From Eledone cirrhosa (lineage: Eukaryota), in NCBI GenBank assembly GCA_964016885.1, contig OZ024743.1, positions 121,520,001 through 121,584,000 on the forward strand: a stretch of DNA of 64,000 nucleotides. The letters are read 5' to 3'. Below, one piece after another: positions 13,630 through 26,611 of the stretch (position 1 is the stretch's first letter; each line of letters begins with the position of its first letter). The translations under genes and the position numbers were made by a program. Under the pieces are notes generated by a model. The model was not told the origin of the DNA and did not search any database. It saw nothing but the letters and a program-made list of their open reading frames with translations.

Positions 13630-13853
13630 TAGAAGTGGTTACACAACAGTTAGTTTACCGTACCGAGAACAATTGTTTCACCATTACGTACCGAGAACAA
13701 TTGTTTCACCATTACGAGCTGAGGATCCGCTAAGGTGAAACAATTGTTCTCGGTATGGTGAACTAACTGTTGTGTAACCACTTCTACCTAACTCGTCCCA
13801 TGGACTGAGTGCTCTACCACTACGGATATTACCTTCCAGTGTTCTACCACTCT
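13630..13853 (+). mobile_element. Short PLE-type terminal repeat with inverted 5' segment, inserted in (TA)n
   Basis: 13630-13682 is the reverse complement of 13734-13786; contains a hammerhead; (TA)n on both sides. Confidence 0.7.
13715..13752 (+). ncRNA. Minimal type I hammerhead
   Basis: cgag CUGAGGA ucc gcuaa ggu GAAAC aauu GUU/ cucg; palindrome AACAAUUGUU. Confidence 0.75.
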
Positions 13854-13856
13854 ATA

Positions 13857-13888
<32 letters not shown>

Positions 13889-14469
13889 AATTTATATATA
13901 TTTTAATTTTCTAATAATTTATTTTTCAATTTATCATTTTGCAATTTAATATTTTTTAATTTAATTTCATCCTATAACTCGTAACATAAGTTTAACGTTC
14001 CAATTTTCGGTTCACACATTAGACCATACAGACACCCATTATATATGCCTTTGTTAAATATAGATTCTTTGGAGTAGCATTTTTCGCGGCGTTTTCTAGC
14101 ATCTCTGTAGTTTGACCCTTACGCTGACTTCTTTCTTCCTCTTTTCTTCTTTCTTCCTTTCTTTCTTCCCCTTTTTCTTTGACGGAGAGGTGGTAGTGCA
14201 TTATAAGCCTTCGCCCCCTCACCAGATGGTCATTAGTTGATTGAGTTGCCATCGCTTTGAGGGCGACTGGCCGAGGTAGAAAGCAGCTAGTTGGTCAGTC
14301 GTCCTCTTTGTCTCTGTCTCTGATTTTTCGGACCCATGGTTTTTTACATATTCCTTTGTTATATTCCAATACCTGATGATATCATCGGATTCATATGGAA
14401 CCCGGTCATTGAAATGATCATAGTATAATAAACCTTTCAAGGATTTACACCAGTCCAGCCTCCTGTTAT

Positions 14470-14519
<50 letters not shown>

Positions 14520-14523
<4 letters not shown>

Positions 14524-14660
14524 GTACAGATTGAAGTTTAAACAAAGAACCCCTTTACGGGATCTTCTTACACTGAATAAAATCAATCTGTGGACACAAA
14601 AGTAGATATTTCAAAAAACGTTACAACCGTTGTTTCGTGACGACATTCTCTTGCGCTACA
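14520..14660 (-). repeat. PLE terminal-repeat fragment (family also at 11708-11760 and 20450-20645)
   Basis: taagtacagatt.aagttta..cctttacgggatcttctt recurs next to (TA)n; carries a hammerhead 3' half (cac GAAAC aac g guu GUA). Confidence 0.6.
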
Positions 14661-14749
14661 GGAAAAATATGCGAGGATAATTACGTCATTATGTGGAGCG
14701 AGAAGAACAATTTCTTGCAAAGACAAAAATACTTTTATACTATAAAAGG

Positions 14750-15113
14750 AGAAAAAGCTAGACGGGGTATACACACGTCTGCTCCGTGCTGCTTTAAACG
14801 TGTCTTGGAGGGAACACCCAACAAATAAGGATCTCTATGGCAATATACCACCTATCAAGAGGTCAATACGTGGACAGAGACTCAGATTTGCTGGCCACTG
14901 TTGGCGCAGCAAGGAAGAAATAGCAGGTGATGTGTTGTTATGGAGTCCATCTCATGGAGCAAGAAACGCTGGTCGTCCCAAGAAGACATACGTCAAGCAA
15001 CTTGAGGACGATGCTGGATGCGCTGCGGAAGAACTGGCAAACGCTATGTGAGACAGAGATGGATGGAGGAAACGTCCGTAGAAAGCCGAGCAGCTCGACC
15101 TGATGATGATGAT
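14750..15113 (+). mobile_element. RTE-like LINE 3' fragment with (TGA)n tail
   Basis: LDGVYTRLLRAALNVSWREHPTNKDLYG..RLRFAGHCWRS..VLLWSP..GRPKKTYV. Confidence 0.85.
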
Positions 15114-15450
15114 AAAAAAAATCATTAGATTCATATTCTATTTAGAATAACCGAATGATTTCTAGTTCCAGATTTCGAGAATAATGTAAATAAAATTATC
15201 AAACGGAAATGGAAGAAGTTATTAATAATAGTACAAGTAATTAATGAGGACATTAAAGTATAATTATAGGAATTTTAGGCTCGTGCATATGTATGCACTT
15301 AAGCGATGATATGTTATATAAAACTACGTATAGTTATACACGTGTGCATTCGTACATGTGTACTTGTTAGCACCCATGTGTTTGCATGTGCTCACGCAAA
15401 TGCATATCTACGCGTACACATATACGAATACACGCGCGAGCACACACACA

Positions 15451-15754
<304 letters not shown>

Positions 15755-15901
15755 TGTGTATATATATATATATATAAAGTTCGACTATTTATTCACCAGG
15801 CTAAAAATTCTAATTTAGTCCAGAAATAGCCGTCGAAACGGCTTGAGCTCTGCCGTCGGGGTCATACTTTTTCCTATATATATATATATATATATACACA
15901 C

Positions 15902-15937
<36 letters not shown>

Positions 15938-15940
<3 letters not shown>

Positions 15941-17675
15941 AAAAAGTATGACCCCGATGGCAGAGCTCAAGCCGTTTCGACGGCTATTTCTGGACTAAAT
16001 TAGAATTTTTAGCCTGGTGAATAAATAGCCGAACTTTTCAAGGGGGTACTTCCTTATATGGGAAGAATGTAGTTGTCAAGAGGATTAATTAAAATTTGTT
16101 GTAAACACAAATAAGTCTATCATGGCATTTGGTGGGAGGTAGGGGTGACTGAACTTGCCTGTAGAATAATAGGGGAGTGAGTGGAGCGGTCAAGCGTTGA
16201 AAGTGATATGTATACAGCATATTCTAAGGTTAGTGTATGAAATGGAGGAGGGAGGTTATAGAATAGGTAAATCGAATGAGAGTAGGAGACAATAAAAGAT
16301 AATAGAAAGAAATAAAAAAAATATAAAATTAGATAGTGAGAAATGAATAAAAAAAATCACAATGCTATCTTACAATTACAGGTTAATAAGTTGAGAATAG
16401 AAAAAACTTGTAGAAATATCAGAACTGATACAGAATAAAAGGGGTTTAACACATCTGCTATAAGTAGTTAGTAAAACGTATTCGGCCAATTCTATCTTAA
16501 TATTACAGGGGTGGGGGAAATGATGCTACAGAGGCGCGATGGGCTACATCGGTGTTGGCGAAGGGGAAAAGCAGACGAGGAAGAAGATAGGGGGTGGAAG
16601 AAGTGATAGGATGAGACGGGGAAGAAGAAGACAAAGAGGAAAAGAAAAGAAAGGAGATACATCTACCTAAGTAAGCTGGGGTTTCCTCTAACTTATTCGG
16701 CAAGTATATATCAGCCCTTATCTACCCACCCGGATCGTTATGGGGTTTGAGGGCGAGGTAAGTCCTACGCAATCTGTGTTTGCATGCGGTTACCAGTACC
16801 TCTTTCTTGTTTAGGAGTTGGTCCTTCGAAAACAGCATTTGTAATGTTTCCTCCGAGCATAAGTTACACGGACGGCGTCCTCCCGTGTAAGAGTTAGCTT
16901 TGGACAGTAAGCTCCAAGTGAGATTGTAGGTTATATTATTATCTTGGAGGTCCCAGATGTGGCCCGAAAGTGTAGTGGTATGTTGTTGGACCGGGTTTCG
17001 AAAAGTATGTCGGTGTTGGTAGAGCCGGGTCTTGAAGTCACACGCAGTTCTCGGCATTTGTTGTTTAGGGGGCACGTAGAGCCATCAGAACAGTTACACC
17101 TCCTGGTCGGCTCTCCACTGATGTCTAGGTTATTTCTTCCATAGGGGTTGAGTTTTTTGTTGTTTTAGGAGACGATGTTTTGTACGAAATTAGGTGTGGT
17201 GCTGTAGGAGAGTTTGATGGTGTTTTTGTTGATTATGTTGTGTTAGCGTCGTTGTAGTGTTTTTCGAGGAGTCTAAAGAAGATTTTCCCGATAGGTGTTG
17301 CCACCTCGGCATTATGAGGAGGATTGAACCACGTTACGTGAGCGGCGGTGAGACCTACTGGATCCGCTTAGGGAAGCTGGATAAAAGGATATTTCCTCCT
17401 GGAAGCCACTCCGCTTGAGCGCCTGGTTGTAATGAGGCGCGTGTTCGTCGAATATCTGCTCATTAGCGGACAAACGAGATATGCAGAGGGAGATGTTTTT
17501 AACCAGGTTATTGGTGATGTTTCTAGGATGGTTAGAGCGGCGGTGGGTGTAGTGCAGGTTGTCGTTTGGTTTCCTGTATGGGTCATACTTTTTCCTATTT
17601 CCCACTCTACTACCCTAAGTATTGAGTACACTAGTGCGTTATGGTCCATCTGGTTCCTTACCACAATTCCTTTGT

Positions 17676-17676
<1 letters not shown>
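15938..17676 (-). mobile_element. 5'-truncated PLE (C-terminal GIY-YIG, Hydra-like), 3' UTR, hammerhead and inverted terminal segments
   Basis: Thumb region PYRKPNDNLHYTHRRSNHP; endonuclease FKTRLYQHRHTF..TTLSGHIWDL..CNLCSEE..LLNKKE..CKH; inverted terminal pieces at 17580-17676 and 15777-15877. Confidence 0.85.
15951..16047 (-). ncRNA. Type I hammerhead, U3:A8 core variant, long stem II
   Basis: cccc UUGAAAA guucggcuauuu..aaauagccguc GAAAC ggc uugagcucu gcc AUC/ gggg (GUC in sister copies). Confidence 0.7.
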
Positions 17677-17708
<32 letters not shown>

Positions 17709-17729
17709 GAAAAAGTGGAGAATAACATG

Positions 17730-20117
17730 GTCAACAGTATAAAAAAGGGGATTTAACAATTGTTGCACTGATAGAGTTGTCTAAAAATTGCTGAACACTA
17801 AAAGCAGTGCCACTCAATTTTAAGTAAGATGTTAACTCTATTAGATCTTCGGAAACTGTTAAAAAAATATATATGTAACCGGAAAATTTACAAATTCAAA
17901 TTACCTCATCAATAATAATAATAATAATAATAAAGAGAGAAAAGGAGGAAGAAAGGGAGATAGATACAGTAAAGAAAGAAAGGAAATTAAGGAGAAAGAA
18001 GAAGAAGGAAAAAGAAAAAGAAAAAGAGAAAGAAGAAAAAGGATAAATTATTAGAGATAAAAATATAAAGAGAAGAATGATATATAGAAGATGATGGTAG
18101 ATAGAGGAGAGACAAAAAAATAGATTAAAAAAATAGACAGAATAACTTCGATATAACTATGGGATCAAATGATTCAGCCCAAATTACAGACATTGTTGGA
18201 ATTTATATAACACATTTCTTACATAGGGAATTTGATAACCTACAAGGAGGAATCTATATAGACGATACACTACTTTTAGCTAAAAACTTAAATAATCAAA
18301 ATTTAGAAAGATTAAGGAAAAAGATTAGAAAATTCTTTAATAATTTAGGCCTTAATATCACTTTTGAACCCAACTGTAAAAAAGCTAACTTCTTAGATGT
18401 ATAGCTCAACCTTAATTCAGAACTAATAGAACCCTTCCATAAAAATAATGAACATTTAGCTTACATTGATTATAACTCTAATCACCCTCGATCCATAATT
18501 AACTCCATAGCACATAGTATATCCCTTAGAATCTCGCGCATATCTTCTAATTTTTAATGAACACGCTAACTACTACAATATAGTTTTACTTAAGGCAGGC
18601 CATAAAGAGTGACTCAAATACATACCAGATACAAAAAATAACAACACACTTAATATTAATAGCACCATCCACACCTATAGAAACAACAAACCTAGGACTA
18701 AACATAAAAATTGGCAACAAGCACGTAAATTAAAGAAACAGAATACTAATACAAAGACCACTAATAACTATAGAAGATGCAGAAATGGAAACTACTTATG
18801 GTTCAATCCAATGTTTAACTCCTTATAAAAACTAAGCTACCTTACACTTTCTTCAAATTAGTTCACAAACATTTCCCTAAAATTCATAAATATCATAAAA
18901 TCTTTAATAGAAAAACTATCAAACTATCATACTCCACTGCCAACAACATAGAATCGCACATACATAAAATTAACTATAAATGAATTTATAATACAAGTGG
19001 CCCGCAAATAAGTACCATAACACCTAATACAAAACATAAGCATATAACATCATCACAACCAAACACACGTCAGAGCACATCACCACAATACATCAACAAA
19101 CCCAATTCTCAGCCCATACATAGCAACCTTCAAAGCTACATAGAAGAACCGGCGCATAGAAAAGCATCTAAATGTAACTGCCATCTACCTGACAAATGCC
19201 CTTTACAAAATAGATGCCTAGAGACAAATATAGTATACCTATGTACTATAATTTCAGGTAGCGTAGCATGGCATTACATTGGTTCCACAGCTGGGGAGTT
19301 TAAGAAAAGGTGGTACGTACATAGACACTCTATGACTAACAGGAATCTCTCAAAGACAACGACTCTCGCCAATAAAATCTGGCAACTCAAAGATGCAAAC
19401 ATGGAATATAAAATCAGCTGGACAAAGCTATCAAAAGCAAAGGCTTTTTACTCCTTTTTACTCCTTTTACGTATTTATTTTTATTCTACATTTTTCACAT
19501 TTTATACCATTTTATATCACATTAGATATAACTTATTTATTTATTTATTTATCAATTTTTATATATATGTTTTTTTATATATTTTTTTAAATATATTTTT
19601 TCATATATATTTTTATATATCTACTTTTATTTTTATTTACATTTACTCATGTATTAACGTTTATTCATTTATTTGTCCCTCTTTTGTTCTTTCTATCCTG
19701 CGTTATTTCTACTTATGTTTGTCTCTCCTCAATCTATCATCATCTTCTATATATTTTCTCCTCTTTATATTTCTATCTATAATAATTTCTCCTTTTTCTT
19801 CTTCTTTCTCCTTTTCTTTTTCTTTTTCTTTTTCCTTCTTCTTCTTTCTCCTTCCTTTCCTTTCTTTCTTTACTGTATCTATCTCCCTTTCTTACTCCTT
19901 TTCTCTATATATCTTATTATTAGTATTATTATTGATGATGTAATTTGAATTTGTAAATTTGCCAGTTCCATATATGTTTTTTTAACAGTTTCCGAATATC
20001 TAATAGATTAACATCGTATTTGAGTGGCACTGCTTTTAGTGTTCAGCCATCTTTACACAACTCTATCAGTGAAACAATTGTTAGACTGCAAATAAATCCC
20101 CTTGTTGTACTGTTGAC
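17730..20117 (+). mobile_element. PLE remnant (RT plus GIY-YIG, 18147-19450) between 0.4-kb inverted repeats
   Basis: FDITMGSNDSAQITDIVG..GIYIDD..GLNITF..NFLDV; SNHP; CNC..CPL..CL..IVY..YIGST..FKKRW..H; arms 17730-18130 and 19715-20117. Confidence 0.88.
19986..20088 (+). ncRNA. Degenerate type I hammerhead with long stem II (mirror copy 17755-17858, minus)
   Basis: caguuu CCGAAuA..GAAAC aauu GUU/ agacug; the mirror copy keeps CCGAAGA but has GCAAC. Confidence 0.6.
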
Positions 20118-20127
20118 AGTATTAGAA

Positions 20128-20430
20128 TCCTTTATCAGGCGAATTCTATTCTTTAAGTCATGTTGAAAGGAACTGCTTCTGTCTCAAAATTTGATTCTCC
20201 GTATGAGTTCCACTACGTCGCTTTCGAAAGGTAACAAAGGTAGGTTGCTAGGAGGGTTATTATATGTTTTAAAACCAAACTTATCCTGGTTTCTGTCCGC
20301 TTTATCCTTGTTATCGAAATAGAAGGAGCGCCAACGCATCCTTTTAAGGAACGAATCCATTTTTTTAATGAGTATTTTTAAGTGCGTTTTCCTACTAGGT
20401 ACGGGTATATTTTTCGTAAAAATATTAAGA
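20128..20430 (-). mobile_element. N-terminus of another PLE ORF
   Basis: TKNIPVPSRKTHLKILIKKMDSFLKRMRWRSFYF..FGFKT..PP..LLPFESD, resembling PLE ORF N-termini. Confidence 0.7.
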
Positions 20431-20449
20431 TGTAGTTTCTGTAAATTGG

Positions 20450-20541
20450 TTCAAATTCTGAAGAGTGCTCAGCCGAAGAGAATGTCTTCAAGAACCAACG
20501 TATCCTCTTCCTGTTTTCCTTCGGTTGTAGCGTTTTTTGAA
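20450..20541 (+). ncRNA. Degenerate hammerhead in a PLE terminal repeat
   Basis: CUGAAGA gug..GAACC aac..guu GUA; the sister copy at 14620-14645 supplies cac GAAAC. Confidence 0.4.
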
Positions 20542-20643
20542 ATATTTACTTCTGCGTCCACAGATTGATTTTTTTCAGTTTTAGTAGTAGATCCCGTATA
20601 GGGTGAAAGCAGCGATTATTTGCTTAAACTTTAATCTCTACGC

Positions 20644-20693
<50 letters not shown>

Positions 20694-21176
20694 GGATACT
20701 ATTTATGGTTATGTATATACTAAAACTTTTTATAGTTATGTATATTTAAACCCTAAACAGTGAAGGTCAGTAATTTATTACTACCTTATTACCAGTAAGA
20801 TAAATAGCTCAATGTAATAACATCGCTTAAAGTGCTTGTATTACATGTAACACCCTGCCACACAATAATCATATATAAATGAGACACACTTGCATGCCCC
20901 ACGTGTAACTAACGCATACACTACCTACTACATCTGACTAACAAATTATCCTCTTGCATTATCTGTGTTAACTGCCGAATGTATTTTAATTTTGTTTTAA
21001 TTTTGTTTTAATTTTAATTTTAATTTTAATTTTGATTTTGATTTTGAATTTGAATTGCTATACAGAAATAATATAGTATAATATATGTCACTCCACTGTA
21101 CATCAATATATATATATGTATCTGTATGTCTCTTGCGTTGGAAAGGAGGTCAATTATGTGTACAAACATTGAAAAA

Positions 21177-21223
21177 TGGTCCGAAGACTCCAAGCCTAGG
21201 TTTGGATGAAACAATTGTAAGTG
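21177..21223 (+). ncRNA. Hammerhead-like motif, U4C core, weak stem I
   Basis: CCGAAGA c uccaagc cuag guuugga u GAAAC aauu GUA. Confidence 0.55.
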
Positions 21224-21259
21224 AATAAATGCTTTGAACATAGCTTTGATTCTTGTGAA

Positions 21260-21334
<75 letters not shown>

Positions 21335-21843
21335 CCGTATTGAGCCCTCTTCGGATTTTAGTCTTCACATTTATTATTACGATATATTACATATTATATA
21401 TATTTTAATTTCTATGTTGTCTGTATTACCATCATGTCTTATTCTGGTGTGTTCATATAGTACCGACCATCTTTTTGTCCTTATAGTTCACCCCAGTGTT
21501 AGTCTATCTTCTCCCCTATGCTCCAGGCTGTCTCTGCTATGTATGTTGCGTTGTCATGTTTCTGCATGTGCCCTCTGTACATCTTATGCCATAGACTACA
21601 TTTCTAGTTTTTCATATCAAAAACCTTGCAAAACAAATTCATCGCCGTGTGTATATATATATATATATTAATGCGTGTACGGGACATGACACTTGTAATC
21701 CCAGTTTGCGCACCAGATCAGAGAACTGCTCTGTTGGTAAGATACATGTGAGGCGATAACAAAATAAAGAATCTGTCTTTTATCTCTCAAATTCGGTAGG
21801 CAGATAAATATCTTTTGTTAAGCTCCTTACATTTTCTATGAAC

Positions 21844-21907
<64 letters not shown>

Positions 21908-22978
21908 AATGTGTAGTATGGATTACCTGGATTACCTAGTCTTCTGCTTTGCTGCATTTATTTCGTATAGAGAAGTCCACACTTGAACATACTACAGAAC
22001 CCAAACAAGTGAGAAACAAACGAGGCCGTACAGCTAATCGAAAACACACAGAGAAAAGAACCAATGCACTAAATGTTGACTTGAACTGTAGAAGCCTCCA
22101 TAGAAATTTCCAGCCAACGATAACAAAATATATTCTCAATCACACATGCAGCAAAATAGAAAACAGAATGACAATACACACCACATCAGGGCAACTATAA
22201 TTAACACTGAGAAGAGCGTAAATGAAAAATTAAAGACAATAGAACAATGAAGGATTAATGTAAACACCTACATTCGTTACAAACGAAAGAGCAACTCTAT
22301 AGAAGAATGAATAAATATATGACAACAAAGTGCCCGAATATCGACATACGGAAGACATACTGAAGAACTCGATCTATGCAGAACTAGAATTATGTCAAAG
22401 TAAACCGGCTTTGATCCTAATAGATCCAGACTTTCAATGAAACTAAATTCAAAATTTGAAAGAAAACATAATACAAAACAAAATTGAGGAAAACAGGAAA
22501 TTCACTTTTCGTAACGAAATAGAAAACGAGGAACCAACATGAAAATAAGATCTTAAATAAAATATAAATTGAAAAAAAGAAACAGACATTCTGGAAATGA
22601 AAGAAAAGCTCAAACATATCGCAGCAATCACATTGAAAAATGCGAATGTTTCTTCCAAGAGAATACATTATTTCAGTTAAATGCAAGCTTTAGGTTGTCA
22701 CGCTCATTTTGAACAATAGACATTGTACTAAACCAAATGACACAGAAAATCCATTTGCGAAATATTCTAACAATTAATATTGACAACTTCAATTATAGTA
22801 AAACTATTCCTCTAGCTCATATCAAATAAAATTGTATTATCCACATTTCTATTCTTATTCATTTATGTATACGTAATATGGAATCAAACGTCTCTAAAAA
22901 TATAAGAGCATTATAAGAAAAATAAATTATTTGACCATTTTACATTGAAATCAGAATTGAACATTTAAAACGACTTGC

Positions 22979-23170
22979 CCCTGACGCAAGTTTCTGAATT
23001 AGGTAATCCACGGAATGATCTTCAAAAAAGTTTTTTCGGGTTTCTTTCTTTCGATTCGCAATTTCAATTTCGTATTTGAAGTTCAAGACATTGGAAAGAA
23101 CCTCAAGTATTTCGAAACAAAGTCCTCTATACACCTTCCTTGGAGCATCGTATTCTATAAATGGCAAAGC
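22979..23170 (-). CDS. iGluR exon 10 (S1 lobe), GC donor
   Basis: ALPFIEYDAPRKVYRGLCFEILEVLSNVLNFKYEI..LIQKLASG, matching PY..YEGYCVDL..L.F.Y.I; acceptor tttcag; donor GGG/gcaagt; 192 nt. Confidence 0.88.
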
Positions 23171-23239
23171 CTGAAAATAGAAATACATAGTTGTATGAAC
23201 AAATATACATATATATTAAATAAATGTATATATATATAA

Positions 23240-23366
<127 letters not shown>

Positions 23367-23605
23367 GGATGTCTATCGAAAGAGTATCCGACAATTCTTT
23401 TTCACGACAAAAACTGGTAAACTATGGACACACATATATATATGTTTATACTTATGGATATATAAATAGAGAAATTCTGATTCAATTATTTCTCAATAAT
23501 CATTAAACTATTTAAACAATTGTTCAAATATATATATATATATATATATAATTCAGAATTAAATAAGACCAAGGATTAATATTATTAATATCTATTTATG
23601 CATCG

Positions 23606-23654
23606 CTACGGACGTTTCAATGCGGGAGAGAAAAAAACGGATATCATCGGTAAG
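23606..23654 (-). ncRNA. Degenerate hammerhead-like motif
   Basis: CCGAUGA uauccg..cgcauu GAAAC GUC; stem I poor. Confidence 0.35.
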
Positions 23655-24211
23655 TTATTACCTCCATTATAGGTGCTCTACCCAAACCGTATCTCTTGAG
23701 GAAATTAAAAAGTAACACAAATTATCAAGAATAATGGAGGATTCAAAGCAATGTGCATTCAAAATACATGGAATTATAAATTTACAAGAGCAAAGAGTAA
23801 GCTTCGCTATGTTTTCAGGCATGCAAAAAAATAAAGGTTTATCAGTGTTTTTACACATGCATGTTAAAATATGTTAAATCTGTTAATTGGTTATAGCAGG
23901 GGTTTTAAAATATTTGTTATGGCTATATGAGAGTGCGTTCCCTTATTCAACATAGAAAGTTTTGAAAATATTTAGATTTTTTTTTAGATTTTCGTAAGTG
24001 CAAAAGAAAATTAAATTAATGCAGTAAAAACTATTTACTGACATATATATTTATCAAAGCATATATGTACACACTTACCTATTATTTTTATAATCAGATT
24101 CTGAAGAAAAAGTTACTTTATAGGGTTTGTGCATTTCAAATTTGTTCATCCACGGTCATTTCGAAAAATAGTTGTTTTCTTATTTAACATATATATGAAC
24201 AATTTTTCATA

Positions 24212-24245
<34 letters not shown>

Positions 24246-24367
24246 CAATTCTTTGAATAGTTTAGTAATTATTATGAAATAGTCGAATCAGAATTTCTTT
24301 TAGTTTTCTTTATTATGAAATTACCTTTTTATATATTAATTATGTACACTTTATAATTGCACAATTT

Positions 24368-24683
24368 ATTTGTCCTTGTTTGTTAAAGATGAGCTGTCTT
24401 ATAAATAATTGATATCATATAATTGTTTCTACTTTTTGGCACAAGGCCAGCAATTATCCCAGTACATTACTGGTACTTTATTTTATCGACTCCGTAAGGA
24501 TGAAAGGCAAAGTTAACCTCGGCGGGAAATTGAACTCACATTGCCTTTCAACCTTACGGGGTCGATAAAATAAAGTACCAGTAATGTACTGGGATAATTG
24601 CTGGCCTTGTGCCAAAAAGTCGAAACAATTATATGACATCAATTCTTTATAAGACAGCTCATCTTTAACAAACAAGGACAAAT
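24368..24683. repeat. Fold-back inverted duplication of a SINE 3' half plus about 50 bp of flank
   Basis: atttgtccttgtttgttaaagatgagctgtcttataa.. mirrored at 24630-24683. Confidence 0.85.
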
Positions 24684-26291
24684 ATCATATAATGAACTAC
24701 AATCAAAGACATAGCTGAAAGGTCTTTGCTTTGAACTTTAATAATATCTATATGCCATTTGCATCGACCATCCTTGATGAAATAAGACAGTACTTATGCA
24801 TTATCCAAATTATTTCTTGACAGTTTATGTTCGTCTACTTAGCAATCTGAACACTCATGTCCGAAATTATTTTATCTATGCTATTTTAAAACATGTTCAT
24901 GTGGATGTGTCTGCATAGAGCCCAATAAATATAGTTAGGTACTCAGACTTTTCAGTGAATCCATTCTCTTTATGTGTGTGCCTGTTTGCGGTAGAATGGA
25001 TGCGTCAGTTATTTGTATATATTGATAGTATAATCTGCTAAAAAAAACATTAGATTTATGCGCAGTTCTTTTATATTTGTAAGTATTTTTTTGCAAGGAA
25101 TTTATATTATGAGCCATTGTTGGCTTCCTTAATTTTAGAGGTTACTGAACACGAAAAGTGATTTACTATATTTTAACACTTTGATTCCATCTTGCTTTTT
25201 GCACCTTTTCTTTTGCCCTGGTGATATATCAGCCCTTTTTACAATTTATCATGGATGTTCCGTCGCCTATATTTACACCTTCTTACATGTAATTATTACC
25301 AAAAATTCACATTATAGATGCAATAGGAAATTCTAAAAGAATAATTGTAATTAAATGAAATAAATACTTTGAAATATATCTTTAAAATTAAACTAAAATT
25401 GAAGAAAAGAATAAATATGAAATAGAATTGTTTTAAACATTATTGTAACATCGCTTTCTTTTTAAATTACAAAATCTACATTTATATGCAGACTATTAAA
25501 ACTATACAAAACATGAAAACAGTTTTGCGATAAACAAAGCAATGAAGCAAAATGTGAACAGTTATTTCTAGACTGATGTGTAAAATAACTTATATGGGGT
25601 GGGAAAAATAAAATTAAATGTTTATTTGTGACATACTGTAACAATAAAAGAACTATACTAAACGTAAATCAGCGAATGAAGCTACGTAAAGTAATACTAC
25701 ATTTGAAATTGTTTATTCAGTCTCTAAACATTGCCACTAACCGAGCTCGTTGTAATTGATCGGGAAGATACATCTACCAACTACAAATTCTATCCAAGAC
25801 CATAAAAAATGTATTTATGGAATATATCATGTACATACAGTTTAATAGAAAAAGGAAAAAAGGAACATTTAGATTGAGAAGAACGGAATGTAAAATAGGA
25901 AAATAAAAAAAAGAGAATCAGAAAGAATAAACGAGAAGGGAGGGAATGGCAAGGACTCTAGTGTCACAGAAGAATGGGGAGGGGAAGGAGGAGGATGATT
26001 TGGCTCTGGGCCTAGGGCGCGGCGGTTGAGGGGCTGCGCTCCACGGACGAGACAGCAGAAACATTCGCGAGGAAAAATGACCAGTGACACCCGCTGCAAC
26101 AGTCACCCCACCTCGCGGGACTCCTTCCTCAGACGGGCCGCCGACGTTCCAATCTTGCTAAGGAGCTCGACTGAATAGGCTCCAAGTACACCTATAAAAT
26201 AGACACGTAGCTGTAACCATTCATATGCGCACACGTATTAATAGACTTGGTACAATAAGACACAATAGTCGTTGATATAGTTTCAGATGTG

Positions 26292-26374
<83 letters not shown>

Positions 26375-26611
26375 TTACATATATTACGATAGAATATGAA
26401 ACAATTAATATAAAGGATTTCAATGCAGGCTATCTAAAATCGAGCAGATCTCTAGTAAAAAAACTGTTCATTTTGAATGTGTAGTCGAGATTTAGAGTTT
26501 AGGAAACTAGTGCATATACTCAGTTCTTTAAATAAAATCTTACTTCAAATCTTGTCTCTCTTACTTGCTCGTATGTACACGTCAAGAGTAACTGAACATT
26601 GTTCTACCTAC

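Noticed and set aside
21680-21715. 7SL/Alu-like tgtaatcccag
   Set aside because: Only an 11-nt match, with no further similarity.
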